DNA from: Isurus oxyrinchus
Taxonomy: Eukaryota
Reading direction: 5' to 3'
Length of the DNA: 64,000 bases
Assembly (NCBI GenBank): GCA_026770705.1
Contig: JANJGN010000021.1
Coordinates: forward strand, 105,152,001-105,216,000
Shown here: positions 1 through 13,332 of the stretch, one piece after another
How the letters are laid out: the number at the start of each line of letters is the position of its first letter
Position numbering within the stretch: the stretch's first letter is position 1
Translations under genes and position numbers: made by a program
Notes under the pieces: model-generated
What the model saw: only the letters and a program-made list of their open reading frames with translations
The model's database searches: none
What the model was told of the DNA's origin: nothing

Positions 1-1814
1 TTAGTTTTACTACTCTTTAAGCAACTTGCTGAAGCAACATGAAATAGAACGAAAACTGTTGAGGGGGAACTTTGCTGAGTGCAGCATGAAAACGGCTGTC
101 TTTTTTTTAATAGCTACTTCCTCTTTAAAGCTGAAGGGTTTATAGCGCGCGTCATAAGACCAACAAGTCACAGGCGTTGCACGTTGAATAATGCTATCTT
201 TGTGGAAGAACAGTAAAATTCAGCACAATGAGCCGATGTTTAAGCCAGCTGGTTGTACAATTTGTCAAGATAGGTTTGACCTGTGGTTAGTTTGTTTTAC
301 GCTGACTGTCGTTCTGAATAGTGGTTCATCACGAATATGCATTGTAAATAATGAAGAAGGCTGCTAATGGCTTTTTTTAAATGGTTCCACCGGCTAGACT
401 GATTTTGAAAGGAGCTGGTTGCCCATATCTGTTTCTGGACCTAACGTGAAAATGATTATCGCTCACAGACTCAGGGATATGTTTTCAGATATGCTGATGT
501 AGGATCTGCCTCGACGTTGTATGTTTTTTATTCTTTCGGTTATTGGTATTTACAGCTGCAAGTACAGCTAGTTCAAACGGCAACGAATTGTCTTCTCGAT
601 CAGAACGGGAACATTTTTCTTAATTATTTCGCAGTATCCTAGTGCAGCCCTGGGTTAGTGGTCGAGATATAAATAGCTCATTGGTTAATTTAAAAGTGCC
701 GAATTGTGATGTGCCCCGGAAGGGCAAGCTTTGAAAATGAAACGAGTAAATCAAATAATATCCCTGCCGCTGTGGGGGAGTAAAGCGTTTGGAAGCATTC
801 ACATTGCACAATGGCGGGTAGCCAGTTACAATTCCTCAATCTGGCCTCAGTGCGACTCGGGTCCTACATGGGTAGTAACAAAAAACAACTTTTATTTTAC
901 ATAATACCCTCGAGATAACTCGGGATGGAAGAAAGATGGGTCAGGAGCATTCCAAGAACAAATGCACGCAAGGGTTGCCAGAAGATAGTGCGCAGCTAAG
1001 ACAGTCGTTGATTCTTCGCAACCACTTTGTTTTTGTTTTGAACTGATTTTCAGTAAATCTTTAGATGATTCGCCTAATGAGAAATCATCATGGTGGCAGA
1101 GGCCGATTTGTGACAACATAAATAAAGCAAATAATCATAATTTATAATGTGGTTACAAGACGATAATCTAAAAATAAATAGAAAAGTATAAAATAATAAA
1201 AGAATTGCACAATTATAATGACTTCAGTATGCAAAGAAATTACAATAGGCCTCAAAATGCAGGTCTCCTTAATTTACAGAATAGAACTGCAAGGTCTGCT
1301 GCACTCGGCATTGCATTATAAAGTCCATATTTCATATATTGCCCTGTTTAATTCATTGAAACTAGAGAGTCTGAATCATTATAGCATTCTTTAACTTTGA
1401 TATTGATTTACTTTAAAAAAAACTTATATGCCAAAACATTCGTTACAATCAAAATTTTGCAATATGGTTCAAGTCAATTTTGGCCACTTATGTCTTGCTA
1501 GGTTTTGATTTAAGATACCGATTGCGCGTGCTGTGCATGGGTCTTTGTTTTGCCTAACAAAATGCCCCCCTTAATTTGAAGGATCTTGTCATCGGTGTCC
1601 TCTTCAAAAGTTAAAATAATAAGAGGCAGGGTTTAACGGCCAAAATCATTACAAAGTGATGACCCCGTCCAGTGTATTGAATCATATCATATAACATCGT
1701 GCCAATATATAAAGGGATTACTTAAAAAAGTATGGTTACTTTCAAAGCGTTATTAAACTCCATTGTTAGGTAGCTAGAGAGGGACTTTACTGTTGCCCAT
1801 AAGTTAATCAGCAC

Positions 1815-2330
1815 ATAAGAACTAGGAGCAGGAGTAGGCAATTCATTGGGCTTGCCCCGCCATTCATTACGATCATGGCTGATCTCATTTCGGCCTCAAC
1901 TCCAATTTCCCGCCCTCTCCCCATAACGTTTCAACTCGTTACTAATTAAAAATCTGTCTATCTCCTCCTTAAATTCATTCAGTGTCCCAGCATTCACTGC
2001 ACTCTGAGGTAGTGAATTCCACAGATTCACGAAACTTTGAGAAAAGTAATTCCTCCTCATCTCTGATTTAAATCTATCACCCCTTAGCCTAAAACAATAG
2101 CCTCTCGTTCTAGAATGCCCCACAAGGGGAAACCTCCCCTCCACGTCTACTTTGTCTATCCCCTTTAGCATCTTATATACCTCAATTAGATCTCCTCTCA
2201 TTCTTCTAAACTCTAGTGAGTATAGGCCTAAACTGCTCAATCTCTCCTCATAAGACAAGCCCCTCATCTCTGGAATCAATCTAGTGAACCTCCTCTGAAC
2301 CGCCTCCAATGCAACTACATCCTTCCTCAA
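1815..2330 (-). mobile_element. CR1 LINE, 5'-truncated 3' end
   Basis: ORF 1896..2486 contains the CR1 ORF2 C-terminus (LEAVQRRFTRLIP...YEERL...RRMRGDLIEVYK...VNLWNSLP). Confidence 0.9.
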
Positions 2331-3148
2331 CCTCACACACAAGATGGTTTCATCTGCACAGTGAGTGCACAAAGTGGAGTGACATTTCAATGCCCGACCG
2401 TAACTGTCGAGAACAAATAATTCCCGCAAAGTGGCGAGAAAAATACAAAAATAATCCATGGATTTGTATCTGCGGTGAATAGTCATACTTCATTAAATTA
2501 ACATTTTTACCTACCAGACGTGTGACTGTGATTGGAGTTTAAGGGAAACACAAGCCATTAAGTTGAATGTTTCTCAATGAAACAAACACTTTCACTATAT
2601 TGTAGACTAGAATAACAATTTGAACTCCAGAGGGGCACTCGTATGCAACCCACATTCATATTTAATGGTCATGAAGCAGACAGCACAATATAATGATAAA
2701 TGTTCTGCTTGCACATTAACAGTCGTTTCCTGTTTTCTAAGACACTGATGTTATATGCCACTTCGCAACATCATCTGGTCCCTGCCTCTCCTCGAAAAAA
2801 TGGCGCGTTGTGAATATGTTGATGTTGGTTGTGTCTTTTCACCATATAATAGGTAAAATCACTGAAAGTGGGAACCTGGGGCATATGAAATTTACCAGAA
2901 ATGTACCTTCAACTAACGGATTTAATTACTTTAAGAGCATAGAATGCAATGTTGCAATAGTAAAATAATCCGATATAAAAATGCACAAAGATAACGAGGG
3001 ACATTTAAGCATACCAGAATACAAGTTACGTTACAAGTAATATACATTTTTTTTGTGTTTGCATTTCACAGCTGGAATTATTTCATTTATAATTTCTCTT
3101 CATAATTAACTGCAAATACAAATTGGCCGAAATGTGAACCGGTTCAGT

Positions 3149-3351
3149 TTAACCATTTTCCATAGAACACTGGCCGGCGGGATCAACTCCCTCTCGCTCT
3201 GAAGTGAATGCCATAGGTGAACCTCGAGACTTGCAGAAATGTACGAGAGAAATTGTTACAACGATGATCACAACAAACGCTGCAAGTTTCACTGCCATTA
3301 AAATCAGCTGCCAAAGCAGTGAACTTCTGCTGTTATCGGAATGCTTCCGGC
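3149..3351 (-). CDS. Gene A TM and short cytoplasmic exon
   Basis: Acceptor CCTCCATAG at phase 1. Hydrophobic helix containing Lys (MAVKLAAF), then a tail of about 28 aa with no Tyr, ending at TAA 3151-3149. Confidence 0.82.
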
Positions 3352-3672
3352 CTATGGAGGATGATACAATCAAATTCAGCAAATATTTTATTCGGTTCAT
3401 TCTAGCAGCTCATCTCAATATTCATTAAGTTGATTCCCCATTCCCTTGTGCACTCCTGCAGGCAAGTTGTTCAGAGTAGGTACCTGTGCAATCAAGTTGT
3501 ATTCTCGACATCTAACCTTGCACTAATGATCCTTGCTCTAAGCCCATCTAGTTCGCCTTGAATCCTGGCATTGGCTTTCTCTCTTTTTTCTCAAAAAGTT
3601 GCCCACTCCATCAGTGCAATTATTTTATAATCCAAAACATTGAACTATAGAGGTTTGTTTTTAAATCAATCA

Positions 3673-3732
<60 letters not shown>

Positions 3733-4563
3733 GTTTGTCTGCCTGTCTATCTACCTACCTACCTTGAGTGCCTATCTACCCATCTACCTACCTACTTACC
3801 TACCTACGTACCTACCCGCCTTTCTATCTATCTGCCTACCTTTCCATCTATTTATCTGTGAGTCATCGATCTCTGTCTCTCTATCAATGTACTCTCTCTC
3901 TCTCCTGCACAGGCACACACGCACACACACGCGCGCGCATTCATTTTTAGTCGCGTTCCTCCATGTAAGCTTACGTTTAACTGTTAATATTGTTCCAGGT
4001 CCAAACTCTTTCTCGCCCAATAAATTCTCAACTTGACAATAGTATATGCCTGAATCATCCTGTTCCACATTTGTGATCGCGATGGATGCGTTTCGATTGT
4101 GTTTGAAAGATGGTCTGTCCACTTCCATGATCCTACCCGAATATTTTGCAGATGTATTTGTCACTCTGGTGCCTCCTGTTCCATTTTTAACATTTTTGTG
4201 CCAGGAGAAAGCTCCGTTCTGTTGAAGGTGAGGCGCGTTGTAAGTGCAGGGAAGATGGACTGTCTCTCCCTCGGTAGCCACAATGGAGGACGGTTGTTGA
4301 GACACTGTGATCTTGCTAGCAGATGTCGCTATAAGATAAATGCCCATAGCAGTTCATGTGCAAATTGAGATAACTCTTCCCTGTATGGAGTGCTACAGCA
4401 GTTGGGATAGCACAGATATGCTAAAGAGCTCCCTATTTCATCATATGCTTCCAGGCCCCCAGTTACTTAGCTTTGCCAGGGGCAGCAATGCTACGTGTAA
4501 TAAGAAAACAAATAGCTTACTGAAGAGTAGCAGCGAGGTCCACAGAAGGTCAGCAGGATTCAT
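3149..4563 (-). CDS. NCR3: Gene A: NKp30/NCR3-like single VJ-Ig-domain receptor, activating type; join(4563..4521,4328..3975,3351..3149), 600 nt = 199 aa
   Basis: All three exons have GT-AG boundaries and phase-1 junctions, and they sum to an intact frame: leader MNPADLLWTSLLLF, V domain, then TM LLWQLILMAVKLAAFVVIIVVTISLVHF with an intramembrane Lys and a short tail. The symbol is a family-level (NCR3-like) call, not a claim of orthology. Confidence 0.8.
3664..3940. repeat. Compound microsatellite (CTAT)n/(CTAC)n followed by (CT)n/(CA)n in the gene A V-TM intron
   Basis: Directly visible tandem tetranucleotide and dinucleotide repeats. Confidence 0.95.
3975..4328 (-). CDS. Gene A V-set (VJ) Ig domain exon
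   Basis: Acceptor TCTTATAG, donor AAAC|GTAAGC, 354 nt. Motifs: TVHLPC (B-strand Cys), FSW (C-strand Trp), DSGIYYC (F-strand) and J-like FGPGTILTV. Confidence 0.93.
4521..4563 (-). CDS. Gene A leader exon, coding part (exon 4577..4521)
   Basis: Acceptor TTCCTAG, 14 nt UTR, then ATG AAT CCT GCT GAC CTT CTG TGG ACC TCG CTG CTA CTC TTC A|GTAAGC. The 43 coding nt end in phase 1. Confidence 0.8.
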
Positions 4564-6235
4564 TGCTTCACAGTGATCTAGGAATCACAAAAAAATGCGT
4601 TGAAAATTCCACCATCTAATTATGGTTTATGTTGACAAGTCAAAGTACAAGAATTACATAATAACCCTCCCATTCTCGACAAAGAAATGCTTTCCTTATC
4701 TACTCTGACCCGTTCGGGTGTTCCTCGGGACACGTTAATCTCCGTCCGATAAGACACACTCACATTAGTAATTCGGAAGAAAGTCAAAAGCCTGGTAAAT
4801 ATCAAACGCACAAAGAAGGTGAGACCCCTTCCACATACAAGCATTAATCATTTTCGCCCCTGCGATTGCTTAATTCGCAACTAGAATGTAAAATTCTAGG
4901 ACAGATCATTCAACGTGTCAGGAATCTGAAAGGAAAATCAGATTCCAAATAAAGCAAAGGATGTTTTAATATAGGGTACGAAAGGGACTTTTCTAACTGA
5001 AGGGGCCATTAAAGTCGCTACAAGAAACAATTTAATCACCGCAGCAAACATTCCACTTTAATAATAAATAATGCCGGAATAATTAAATAGATTGGCAAAT
5101 ATTCTGGGAATATCAACGTGCATGTGGAGGGCAAATTGTAAGCGATCGCACAGGGTGCCAGTAAATCAAATGCTTTGATTTGTCCCTGAAAAAGCAACAA
5201 CGCTTTCCTCACTTAATCTATAGAATTATGGAATGAAACAGAACAAAAGGAGCCATTTGGCCCGTCCTGGCCATTCTATCCATTAATTCCGAGCTTCAAT
5301 TTAAACATCGACCACCTTTCCAATTAATCTGAATCCCCACAGCTTTGCTTTAATTGAATATATTTTAGCTTTGGATTTTATCAAATGTTGTTTGGCAATC
5401 CAGGTAAAGGCATAATAGAGTCTCTTGTCACTCTGTTGGCCTCTCCATTGCCTCAGACAGTTCAATGAGGAATGATATTCGCCTTTGCTCCTGTTAAGTA
5501 GATGTGCTCATTGTATAAACAATCCCTGATAATCGCTTCCATCATTTTACGTGGAATGAAAGAATGATGAATGAGTGTCTATGTCTGCCTCAATGAATAT
5601 GGATACAATATTGACTTGCTTCCAATGTATTGCTTTCTCCCCTGTGTCCACTCTTCCACGTAACGACTCCCAGTTGCTCTCCGATCTCCCGCTTCTTCTC
5701 CCTCAACATTCATGTATAAACAGCATCTTTAACCCTGCAGATTCGCTTGCATTGAGTCTATTTAGCCCATCTAGAACGTCTGTTGCATGTGTAATGAAAG
5801 TTATTTGCATATTCGAGGTATCTTTTCCGGACAGAGCTTCGTACAAAGAGAGCAAATTGAACCACATTAACATAGCCACTGCGAAATTTCATACTAACGC
5901 TTTAAGTGTTCACCCATTGATCGTTTGGTTGTTGTGGGATACAATAAGAATTATTTTAAAATATGTATGTTTCTTACAATATACACTTTCTAACAATAAA
6001 GCATATAAAATACACATTCAGGTGATAATAGACACTTCATCTTAAGCATTCTTTTAACAAACGTTACGTTTTAAGCTCAAAAGGGAATAGAACTTCAGTC
6101 ACAGCACACTGATACTTACATTTAAAGCAGCTCGAAGGCCTCAATTGTTTTCACTTCAACAATCATATTAAATAAAGGAAAATCACGAACTGAATGGACT
6201 TTTCTTCAGAGGTACGAAGGTAATAATGGTCTGTC

Positions 6236-6300
6236 ACTCACCGTTCGAAAGATACTTTGTCCAGAACGTGCTGTATCCAGCCCAACCCCCACCCTCACCA
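6236..6300 (-). other. Candidate non-coding 5' exon donor of gene A
   Basis: The leader exon has its own acceptor, so an upstream UTR exon is expected. A consensus donor ACG|GTGAGT lies at 6242/6241 in unique sequence; an alternative, AAT|GTAAGT, lies near 6120. Confidence 0.35.
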
Positions 6301-7019
6301 TAGGATTATTCACACTGACCAATGTTAGTCACCAGCAGTTAAATTGTGAACCCGTTAATTTCAAACAGGTCAAATTGAAAGCTTCAAAAGCGGATGCAAC
6401 ACTCTTACAGGGAAATGGTCATCGAATTACCTTCACTAGTTGCCTGTGGAAATACACGCGGTTGGGGTGGGAGTAGGTTAGAAATGACGAGAGGAAACAT
6501 AAAATTAGATCCCAGACAACCAGCGTGCGAATTTCTCGGCTGGAAAATCAACACGGTGAATTAAAACGGGTCCTGCTCCATGAATGTACCCATAAATAAC
6601 ATGAAGAAGTAGACATCTAAATGCAGTTAATACGTTGTGGTTAACTTGAAAATGTAACTTTTAACTACTTAAACAAAGAAGTGCCTACTAATATGGGACA
6701 TCCAATGGGCAAAATTGGGACCAGTGTTTCCTCATCGTGATAATGTCCAACTGGTGAAGGGAAATTAGATCACAGAATCACAGAAATGTTACAGAGCAGA
6801 AGGTGGTCATTTGACCCATTATATCTGTATGATGAGCAACTCGCCTGCTTTCATTCTTCTTGTTCAAGGGATGTGGGTGTCGCTGGCTAGGCGAGCATTT
6901 ATTGCCTATCCCTAGAGAAGGTGATGGTGAAGTGGCTTCTTGAACAGCTGCAGCCCATAAGTTGCAGGAACACTCAATTTCTATCAGGCAGGTAATTTCC
7001 AGGATGTTGACCCAGGTTG

Positions 7020-9500
7020 TAAGGGATTCTACAACTATGTATAAAAGATGAGAGAAGCGAAAGCAAATGTTGGCCCATTAGAATCTGCAAAGGGAGAAAT
7101 TATAATGGGAACAAGGAAATAGGAGGAATGTTAAATGCCTATTGTGAATCCTTTTTCACAGTAGAAGATATGAAAAATATATTGGAAACAATAGGGAAAC
7201 AGGAACTAATGAGGGTGAGAAATGCAATGCAATCACAGAATCACAGAAATTGCATTCAGTGGAGGGAAAGTACTAAAGAACTTCGAAACCAGTAAATCTC
7301 CTGGACAATACCCTAGGGTTCCAAAAGATGCAGTTACAGGAATAGCGGATGAACAGGTTGCCATCTTCCAAATTCCCTAGATCCTAGAATTATTCCAGCG
7401 CATGGGAAGATGGTAAACACAACACCGCTATTCAAGAAGGCCGGGAAAGCAAATCTTAACCTACAGGCTGGTTAGCCTTGACAACAGCCATCGATATAAT
7501 GCTGGAATCTATTTTGAGGGGGGAATTAACAAGTTACTTAGAAAATCAGAATATGACTGGTCAGAGTTGGCATAGTTTTTATGGGAAGGAAATCCTGTCT
7601 TGCAAATGTATTACCGATCTTAGAGGACATAATTAATTGGGTAGATAAACACAGACCAGTGGATGCAGTATATCGTGATTTCCAAAATGTGTTCAATAAG
7701 GTGCTACTTAAAAGGTTATTACCACCATGCTAAAGGTTTATCAGGTTCATGGTAATATGGGTAGAGAATAGGTTACTGGAGGAGAAGCAGAAAGTAGGGA
7801 TACATTGGGCATATTCAGATCAGGAGGCTGCAACTGTTGGAGTGCCACTCGGATCAGAGCTGGGCACTCAGCTATTTATATTAATGGCAATAATATATTA
7901 TAACAATCCATATTAAAGCCTTAGGTAAAGAGACAGAAAGGAATGCATCCAAAATTGCTGATGATACTATGATAATTGGGACTCTAAGTTGTGAGCAGGA
8001 AGCAAAGAGATGTAGAGAGAGAGATTAAGTAAGTTTTATTTTATTTATTCGTTTGCAGGATGTGGGCATCACTGGCTGGGCCAGCATTTATTTCTCATCC
8101 CAAATTTCCCTTCAGAATGTGGTGGTGAGCCACCTTCTTGAACCGCTGCAGTCCATGTCGTGCAGGTGCACCCACAGTGCTGTTAGGGAGGAAGTTCCTA
8201 CATTGTGCCAGCGACAGTGAAGGAACGGCCATCTAGTTCCAAATCAAGGTGGTGTGTAGGAACCTGATATGGTGGTGCTCTCATGCACCTGTTTCTCTTA
8301 CCCTTCTGGGTGGTAGGGGTCTCGGGTTTGCAAGGCGCTGTCGAAGGACCATTGGTGAGTTGCTGCAGTGCATCTTGTAGATGATACAAACTGCTGCCAC
8401 TGTGTATCATTGGTGGAGGGAATGAATGTTTAAACTGGAGGGTAGGATGTCAATCAATGGGCAAATTTGTGCTGCATGGTGTCAAACGTCGTGAGTATTG
8501 TTGGAGATGCACTTTTACAGGCAAGAGAAGAGTATTCCATCACACTCCTGAGTTGTGTCTTGTAGATGGTGGACAGGCTTTGGAGTATCACGAGGTGAGT
8601 CACTCACCACAGAAAGCCGCTAACCTGCTCTTGTAGCCCACGGTATTTATAAGGCTAGTGCCAGTCAGTTCCTCGTTAATGGTAACCCCGAGGATGTTGA
8701 GTGGCAAAAAGGGTGGAAACTGGAGTATAATGAGGGGAAGTGTGAAGTTATTCAAAAGCAGAATTTGCTTAAAGGCATGAAATGTCTAAATGCTGATGTT
8801 CAGAGAGACTTGGATGCTTTTGTACAAGGAATACAGTGAGTTATCAAGCAAAGAATGCAACCAGTTGGGAAAGGAAATGGCATGTTGACTTTTATCGCAA
8901 GTGGACTGGAGTATAAAGACAAGGAAGTCTTGCTTAAACTGTATGGGTTTTGGAGTGCCCACGTTGATGAACAGTGCGCAGTGCTAGCCTCCACATCTAG
9001 GGGAGGATATGCTTGCCTTGGGTAAGGGACAATGAAGGTTCACTAGATTGTATCCTGGAATGAGAGACTTTTCATATGATGAGAGACTGAGCAAATTGGA
9101 CCTGTACTGTCTGGAATTTAGAAGAACGAGAGGTCGTTTTATTGAAAGATACAAGTTTCAGAAGGAAATTTGTCACGTAGACACTGAGAGGCTTTTTCCC
9201 CCGGCTGGAAATCTAAAACACAGGGGCATTGTCTCGGGATACGGAATTGATTATTTAGACATGAAATGGTGATAATTTTTTCGCTCAGAGGGATGTAAAT
9301 TTTTGGGATTCTCTGCTGCACAGAATTGTGAATGATTCATAGTTCAACATGTTCAAGCCTGGGATAGGTTTTTTTCATCTGTCAGGGGCAATCCAGGGAT
9401 ACAAGAAGTCAATGAGTAAGTGAAATTGAGGCCAATCAGCCATGATTATAATGATTAGCGGAGCAGGCTTGAAGGTTCAAATGGTCTACTGCTGCACCTA
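7020..9500 (+). mobile_element. Degenerate CR1 LINE interrupted at about 8040-8700 by a minus-strand fragment of a second LINE family
   Basis: CR1 RT remnants and C-terminus (9048..9272 FSYDERLSKLDLYCLEFRR). The internal segment carries the family-B 3' tail in reverse. Confidence 0.75.
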
Positions 9501-9519
9501 CTTTCATTTTTTAATTACT

Positions 9520-11160
9520 TTACAGGATGTGGGCTTCGCTGGCTTTGGCAGAATTTATTGTCCATCCCTAATTGCCCTTCAGAAGATGGTGTTGAGCCAT
9601 TTTCTTGAATCGCTGCAGTCCATGTGGTGTAGGTACACCCTCAGCACTGTTAGGAAGGGAGTTCCAGGATTTTCACCCAGCAACAGTGAAGGTACTGCGA
9701 TATATTTCCAAGACAGGATGATGAGTTGCTTGGAGGGAACTTCCAGGTGGTTGTGTTCCCATGTATCTGTTGACCTTGTCCTTCTAGATGGTAGCAGTCG
9801 TTGGTTTACAAGGTGTTGTCTAAGGAGTCTTAGTGAGTTTCCACAGTGCATCTTGTAAATGTCACATGCTGTTGCCTCTGTGAATCGATGGTGGGGGCAG
9901 CGAATGTTTTTGGATGGGATGCCAATCAAGCGGCTGCTTTGTCCTGGATGGTGTCAAGCTTCATGATTGTTCTGGGAGCTGCACTCAACCAGGCAAGTGC
10001 GGAGTGTTCCATCACATTTCTGACTTGTGCCTTATAGATAGTGGACAGGCTTTGGGGACTCAGGAGGTGAGTTACTTGCTGCAAGATGTTTAGACTCTGA
10101 CCAGCTCTTGTAGTGAAATTATTTATATGGCAAGTCCGGTTCAGTTACTGGTCAATCATAACCCCCAGGATGTTGATAGTGAGGGATTCAGTGATGGTAA
10201 TGCCATTGAATTTCAAGGGCGATGGTTAGATTCTCTCTTGTTGGAGATGATCATTTCTTGGCACTTGTGTGGCACGAATGTTACTTGCCACTTGTCAGTC
10301 CAAGCTTGGATATTGTCCAGGTCTTGCTGCATTTGGACTTAGACTGCTTCATTATCTGGGCAGTCGTGCATGGTGCTGAACATTGTGCAATCATCAGTGA
10401 ACATCGCCACTCCTGACTTTATGATGGAAGCAACTGAAGATGGTTGGGCCTAGGACACTGCTCTGAGGAACTCCTGCATTCTTGTCCTGGAACTGAGATG
10501 GTTGACTTCCAACAAGCACAACCATCTCCCTTTGTGCTAGATATGATTCCAACCAGTGGAGAGCTTCCCCCCGATTCCCATTGACTCCAGTTTTGCTGGG
10601 GCTCCTTGATACCACACATGATCAAAAGCTGCTTTGATGTCAAGGGGAGTCACTCTCATCTCACCTCTGGAGTTCAGCTCTTTTTTCCATGTTTGAAGCA
10701 AGGCTGTAATGAGGTCAGGAGCTGAGTGTCCCTGGCAGAACACAAACTGTGTGTTAGTGAGCAGGTTATGCTAAGCAGGTTCAACTTGATAGCATTTTTC
10801 ATGACCCGTTCCATCACTTTACTGATGATGGAGAGCAGACTGATGGGGCAGTGATTGGCTGGCATGGATTTGTCCTGCTTTTTGTGTACAAGACATTCCT
10901 GGCCAATTTTCCATATTTTCAGGTAGACACCTCTTGCTGTAGTTGTACTGGGACATCTTGGCTAGGGGCGTGGCAAGTTCTGGAGCACAAATCTTCAGCA
11001 CTATTGCCGGAATGTTGTCCGGGCCCATAGCCTTTGCACTATCCAGAGTCTTCAGCCCTATCTTCATATCACGTGGAGTGAATTGACGTGGCTGAAGGCC
11101 AGCATCTGTGACACTGGGTAGCTGAGTAGGCTGAAATGGATCATCCATTCGAGGTAGCAC
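9520..11160 (-). mobile_element. CR1/L2-clade LINE family B fragment (RT region and 3' tail)
   Basis: Frameshifted RT motifs: KAMGPDNIP, PISLLSIISKVME, LDIKAAFDHVWY, GVPQSSVLGPTIF. Confidence 0.85.
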
Positions 11161-11949
11161 TCCCACTCATCCGAATGGGTGATAAATCCCACGCTGGCAG
11201 CCATTTTGAGATGCTAGCGCTGTGACAGGAAAACCCAGCATAGACTCCAAGATTGCCCAGCAGGGGGGGCTGAATGCTTCCAGTGTGATAAACCTGGATT
11301 TTCAAACATTTTTGCAAATGCTGAAATTTTAATCGAGGTCGCAGAACAGAAAGTATTTACGAAACACATTTCTTGCACGAAATGGAATGTCAAGAACAAG
11401 ATGAATGTACAGGGCTTCTTGGCAAAGTGTAGACAGTCCTCCAAAAATTTCATTGGTAAATCATCTCTTCTTCTCTTCCTGAAAGGCTTACTGGAATTAT
11501 GTTGTCTTCTTCGTTCGTCTTTTAAGTTTATTGAAATCTCAGATCTTCGGTGCCTTTTCAGGAGGAGAAGAGGAGGCGTTGAAGTTGAATAGAGTCTGTA
11601 GTTGTAAAACGAGAGTTAAAGAAATACAAGTTAAATAGCGAAGATCATAGTTTCATTTGTTGTGAAAAAATTGCACAGTGCACTTGGGCTGGGGGAGGTG
11701 TAGTATAAAGGGCTAACAATGAGATATGATAATGTGTAACATGGATGATGATGTACCCCTGACAGCAGTCAGTCATGGGTTAGACTTTGGACAGAGGGGA
11801 TGGAATCGTGCCTCGGAGCTGCGTGCCTACTCTGTAATGTACTTAGATCTAATGCTACTAAAAAAAAGTGTTAAACAGATACCAGAGTATATCTACAGTC
11901 TGTCTTAGAACCAAGTCCTACGCCCAGAGTCCAAGATAGAACACATCTC

Positions 11950-12480
11950 ACAAGAGTGTGCACAGTTTCAATCTGCATCTCTGAGATAGGATATCATGAA
12001 TTGAAGATGACATGATGAATGTTCACGAGTTTGATTGCCGGGTAAGTGGGTTGCTCTACGAAGAGAGATTGTGTAGATCTGGCTTATAAGTTCTGGAATT
12101 TAGACGAATGAGAGGTGATTTCAGTGGACTGGTAAGATTCTGAGGAGGTTGGCCATGTATGTGTTGAGAGGCTGTTTCCGTGGCCTGGAGAGACAAGAAC
12201 TAAGGACAGAGCCTCGGGCAGAGGGTCATACTTTTAAGAATTGATGAGGAGGTATTCCTTCACTCAAAATGTTGTGAATATTTGGAATTTTATACGCAAG
12301 GGTGTTGTGGGTGCTCAGTTGACGAGTATATTCAGGGCAAAAATCGCAAGACCTTCAGTCTATGGAAGAATGTAATGTGTGTATCGATGGGAAAGTGGAA
12401 TTAAGGCCAAAGACCAGCCATGGCCCTATTGGTCGATCTAATGTAGGACTATCCAGTGGGCGCATAAGGGACTGTCGGAC
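11950..12480 (+). mobile_element. Degenerate CR1 3' fragment
   Basis: Similar to the CR1 3' ends elsewhere in the window (ctggaatttagacgaatgagaggtga...). Confidence 0.65.
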
Positions 12481-12499
12481 ATTATTTCTAACTTTGTTT

Positions 12500-12885
12500 C
12501 ATTTTTTGAAAAAGCATTCTGTCATGGGATGTGAGCATCTCTGACAACAACAGCATTTGTTGCCCATCCGCAATTGCCCTTGAACTGACTGGCTGGCGAG
12601 GTGATTTCAGAAAGCAGTTAAGATTCACAGCAATGGAGTCATAGGTAGGCCAGACTGGGTAAGGCAGATCCGCCCCCAAAACCCCGCCCCGCCTCCCCCC
12701 TTCCCCCACCGTCAGCTTAAAGGAACCGGGTGTGTTTTGATAACAACCTCCGGTGACTACTTTTAAATTCCACCCTCGATTTTAAAATTAATTTAATTTA
12801 GACACCATCCTATGGCGGGATTTGAACCATTGCCCTTAGTGATTATTCACTTAGTGATATCACCAACACGTCGCATTGCCTCCTG
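12500..12885 (-). mobile_element. tRNA-type SINE sharing the family-B LINE 3' tail
   Basis: Reverse complement of the SINE at 58975-59320, with a B-box-like GGTTCAAATCC on the minus strand. Confidence 0.7.
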
Positions 12886-13139
12886 CAATTCGAAAAATTA
12901 CACACAACTGAATGAGTGACAATAAAGAATCAGAAGTAGAACAGAAGATGACAAATTTAATTCAGATAAGAAAGTCAGAGAAACGGCATTTAACCGCAGT
13001 GTGTAGTGACTTGAACTTCCGATGAAATCATTGTAATGACTTGGAACGCGGAAGTCATTGAAGTGCTGTTAAAAGGTTTACCCACTTTGCCCTCTTTGCC
13101 CACATTCGACGAAATGATTAAGGATTAATCATAAGGATA

Positions 13140-13145
13140 TTTATT
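13140..13145 (-). promoter_or_regulatory. Candidate polyadenylation signal (AATAAA) of gene B
   Basis: TTTATT on the plus strand, about 190 nt past the stop codon in transcript orientation. Confidence 0.45.
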
Positions 13146-13332
13146 ATGTTTCTATATGCATTAATTTCAATAAGTCATCAAGGTTGAGCATGGCAGGAGT
13201 AGGGATATCAGAAAAAAATCAGCCAAGGTGGTATTAGTTCTTCATTAGAATGAGCATCAAAGCAACCCGCCTGGTTAACATTGACAGAGCACCTCCCATT
13301 CAGAAAACGCGATGACCGTTTTGGCACAACCG

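Noticed and set aside
620-1119. Minus-strand ORFs downstream of gene A as possible tail exons
   Set aside because: No convincing acceptor in a compatible phase, and no recognisable motif or homology.
3640-4036. Plus-strand ORFs with SIYL/PTYL repeats
   Set aside because: These are translations of the (CTAT)n microsatellite.
4303-4309. CACAGTG heptamer in the gene A V exon (possible RAG recombination signal)
   Set aside because: It lies at the start of the domain, not at the V/J boundary, and has no nonamer at 12 or 23 nt. V and J motifs are already joined in one exon, so these are not rearranging TCR/Ig segments.
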